Source: an uncultured Chloroflexia bacterium
Lineage (GTDB): Bacteria > Chloroflexota > Limnocylindria > Limnocylindrales > CSP1-4
Length of the DNA: 64,000 nt
Direction of reading: 5' to 3'
NCBI GenBank assembly: GCA_963748625.1
Contig: CAVVJT010000007.1
Span: 1,056,001-1,120,000, forward strand
Shown: positions 61,290 to 64,000 of the stretch, piece by piece
Numbering within the stretch: position 1 is the stretch's first letter
Layout of the letters: every line of letters starts with the position of its first letter
Translations under genes and position numbers: made by a program
The notes under the pieces: generated by a model
Told to the model about the DNA's origin: nothing
Databases searched by the model: none
Seen by the model: the letters and a program-made list of their open reading frames with translations, nothing else

Positions 61290-63860
61290 GTGACCGACGA
61301 CATGGGCGACGTTCGAGCCATCCGCATCGAGGACGAGATGCGCGTCTCGTACCTCGACTATGCGATGAGCGTCATCGTCGCTCGCGCGCTGCCGGACGTG
61401 CGCGACGGCCTCAAGCCCGTGCACCGGCGGATCCTCTACACGATGGGCGAGATGGGGTTGTCCGCCACCAGCTCCTACCGCAAGTGCGCCGCCATCGTCG
61501 GCGAGGTCATGGGCAAGTACCACCCGCACGGTGACGTCGCGCTGTACGACGCGCTGGTGCGCCTGGCCCAGGACTTCTCGCTGCGCTACCCGCTGGTGGA
61601 CGGCCAGGGCAACTTCGGCTCCATCGACGGCGACTCGGCCGCTGCCATGCGCTACACCGAGGCCCGCCTCACGGCGATCTCGGCCGAGATGCTCGCCGAC
61701 ATCGACAAGAACACGGTCGACTATGTCGACAACTACGACGGCACCCACAAGGAGCCGACGGTCCTGCCGGCCAAGCTGCCGAACCTGCTGATCAACGGCT
61801 CGTCGGGGATCGCGGTCGGCATGGCCACCAACATCCCGCCGCACCACCTGGGCGAGGTGGTGGACGCCACGATCGCCTACATCGAAGACCCGACCATCAC
61901 CAATGACGACCTGTGCAGGATCGTCAGGGGTCCGGACTTCCCCACCGGCGCCTCGATCTTCCGGTACGAGACCCGTCGCAACTCGCTGACCGGCGAGCAG
62001 GAGACCGTGGACGCGATCCGCGAGATGTACGCCCACGGCCACGGCCGGGTCGTGATGCGGGCGCAGGTCGCCTTCGAGGAGACCCGCCTCGACCGGACCG
62101 CGATCATCGTCACCGAGCTCCCCTACCAGGTGAACAAGGCGACGCTGCTCGAGAAGATCGCGGACCTCGTCAAGGACAAGAAGATGGAGGGCATCAGCGA
62201 CCTCCGCGACGAGTCCGACCGCGACGGCATGCGGATCTACATCGAGATCAAGCGGGACGCCAACCCGCACAAGGTGCTGAACAACCTGTTCAAGCACACG
62301 GCGCTCCAGACGACCTTCAACCTCAACCTGCTGGCGCTGGTGGACGGCCAGCCGCAGACCCTGCCGCTCAAGGGCGTCATCAGCCACTACACCGACCACC
62401 GGCGCGAGATCGTGACCCGCCGGACGCAGTTCGACCTCGAGAAGGCGCGCGCCCGGGCCCACATCCTCGAAGGCCTCAAGATCGCGCTCGACAACCTCGA
62501 TGCGGTGATCGCGCTCATCCGGGCCTCGGCGGACACGCCCACCGCGCGCACCGGCCTCATGGACACCTTCGGTCTCTCCGAGCTCCAGGCCGACGCGATC
62601 CTGGACCTGCGCCTCGCCCGCCTGGCCGCCCTCGAGCGCCAGAAGATCGAGGACGAGTACCTCTCGGTCATCCAGCTCATCGCCGAGCTCGAGGACATCC
62701 TGGCCAACCCGGCCCGGGTGCTCGCGATCATCAGGGACGAGCTCGAGTTCCTCAAGAAGAAGTACGCGGGCGAGCGCCGCACCAGGGTGGTGGACGACTC
62801 CAGCCGCGAGATGACCGACGAGGACCTGATCGCCGACGAGGACGTCGTCGTCACGATCAGCCGGCGCGGCTACATCAAGCGCCAGCCGGTCGCCACCTAC
62901 CGCCGCCAGCATCGGGGCGGCAAGGGGATCATCGGCCACGTGACCCGCGAGGAGGACGCCGTCGAGCACCTCCTTGCCGCGAACACCCACGACTGGGCGC
63001 TGTTCTTCACCAACCGCGGTCGCGTGTTCAGCGCCAAGGTCCACTCCATCCCCGACGCCAGCCGCCAGGCCAAGGGCATGGCGATCATCAACCTCCCGGG
63101 CGTCCAGGTGGAGTCCGGCGAGGTGCCGGTGGCCACGATCTGCCTGCCCAACTTCGAGCCCGGCCACTTCCTGGTGCTCGCCACCCGGCGCGGCATCATC
63201 AAGAAGACCCCGCTCGAGCAGTTCGAGCGCGTCCGCTCCACCGGCATCCGTGCGATCACCATCGCGGACGCCGACGAGCTCGCGTGGGTCTCGGTCTCGG
63301 CCGGTGAGGACGACGTGATCATCGCCACCAACCAGGGCATGCTCGCCCGGTTCCACGAGGACGAGGTCCGGCCGATGGGCCGCGACGCGGCCGGCGTGAT
63401 CGGCATCCGGCTTGCCCGCCAGGGTGACGCGGTCGTGTCGATGAGCGTCGTGGAGCCCGAGTCCGATCTCCTCGTGCTGACGGAGACCGGGTATGGCAAG
63501 CGGGTCCCGCTCTCCGAGTTCCGCGTGAAGCACCGCGGCGGGCAGGGCGTCCGCCTGATCGCCCTCGAAGGGCGCAAGACCGGCCTCGTGGCGGCTGTCC
63601 AGCAGGTCAAGGAGACCGACGAGGAGCTGGTGCTCATCTCGGCCGGCGGCCAGGTGATCCGCACCGATGTCAAGAGCGTCAACCGCTACTCGTCGGGCGC
63701 GCGTGGCGTGATCGTCATGCGCCTCTCCGATGGCGACACCGTGGCGGCCATCGCTGCCTTCCAGTTGGGGCTGGCGGACCGGGGTGCCATGGGCGACAAT
63801 GACGACCCCGCGCCGACCGACGGCGGGTCGCAGGACGGCGGGACGGGACGCTCGGAATGA
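61290..63860 (+). CDS. gyrA: DNA gyrase subunit A
   Basis: [38 protein letters not shown], GyrA box QHRGGKG. Confidence 0.97.
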   Translation: MTDDMGDVRAIRIEDEMRVSYLDYAMSVIVARALPDVRDGLKPVHRRILYTMGEMGLSATSSYRKCAAIVGEVMGKYHPHGDVALYDALVRLAQDFSLRYPLVDGQGNFGSIDGDSAAAMRYTEARLTAISAEMLADIDKNTVDYVDNYDGTHKEPTVLPAKLPNLLINGSSGIAVGMATNIPPHHLGEVVDATIAYIEDPTITNDDLCRIVRGPDFPTGASIFRYETRRNSLTGEQETVDAIREMYAHGHGRVVMRAQVAFEETRLDRTAIIVTELPYQVNKATLLEKIADLVKDKKMEGISDLRDESDRDGMRIYIEIKRDANPHKVLNNLFKHTALQTTFNLNLLALVDGQPQTLPLKGVISHYTDHRREIVTRRTQFDLEKARARAHILEGLKIALDNLDAVIALIRASADTPTARTGLMDTFGLSELQADAILDLRLARLAALERQKIEDEYLSVIQLIAELEDILANPARVLAIIRDELEFLKKKYAGERRTRVVDDSSREMTDEDLIADEDVVVTISRRGYIKRQPVATYRRQHRGGKGIIGHVTREEDAVEHLLAANTHDWALFFTNRGRVFSAKVHSIPDASRQAKGMAIINLPGVQVESGEVPVATICLPNFEPGHFLVLATRRGIIKKTPLEQFERVRSTGIRAITIADADELAWVSVSAGEDDVIIATNQGMLARFHEDEVRPMGRDAAGVIGIRLARQGDAVVSMSVVEPESDLLVLTETGYGKRVPLSEFRVKHRGGQGVRLIALEGRKTGLVAAVQQVKETDEELVLISAGGQVIRTDVKSVNRYSSGARGVIVMRLSDGDTVAAIAAFQLGLADRGAMGDNDDPAPTDGGSQDGGTGRSE

Positions 63861-63886
63861 CCGCCTTCGGTGCGAGGGAGGCCGGG

Positions 63887-64000
63887 ATGCTCGCGGACCA
63901 GTACGAGATCTACCACGGCAACGCCAACCCCGAGCTTGCGCGCAAGATCGCGCACTGGCTTGGCTCCGAGCCGGGGCGGGCCGAGGTGTTCGAGTTCGCG
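63887..64000 (+). CDS. prs: ribose-phosphate pyrophosphokinase (5' part, truncated by window end)
   Basis: Translates as MLADQYEIYHGNANPELARKIAHWLG...AEVFEFA; GGAGG RBS. Confidence 0.75.
   Translation, partial: MLADQYEIYHGNANPELARKIAHWLGSEPGRAEVFEFA

Overview
A very GC-rich bacterial chromosome segment close to the origin (parS-parA-parB-gyrB-gyrA-prs at the right end). Gene content and style suggest Chloroflexota (Limnocylindria-like) or an actinobacterial-type organism, but the taxonomy is inference only. About 55 CDS are supportable. They include housekeeping genes (pabB/pabC-like, kamA, ribokinase, rplU-rpmA-rpmE, mreD-pbp2-rodA), a Zur-type metal ABC operon, DsbA-VKOR, MMPL plus a lipocalin/AttH protein, and an SdpR/SdpI/ABC immunity operon. 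Two accessory modules stand out. (1) A soluble-adenylate-cyclase-like STAND protein is followed by a ~2,500-aa secreted protein with beta-helix repeats, a metazoan-type GON domain, 17 copies of a PSVFS pentapeptide (where the frame is broken), a clan CD/C25-like His-Cys peptidase domain, Ig/MBG-like domains and a PxKF tail. (2) A ferric-reductase + two coiled-coil proteins + ApbE flavinylation operon in which one coiled coil ends in a bare SGAS FMN-attachment motif. Smaller signals are a chain of translationally coupled 9-codon mini-ORFs, many apparently leaderless promoters, probable CTG starts, and short tandem duplications at gene ends. Three single-base frame anomalies (~2047, ~8120, ~43460) may be sequencing indels. 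No rRNA, tRNA, CRISPR array or IS element was recognised. All family assignments come from motif recognition by eye, not database searches.
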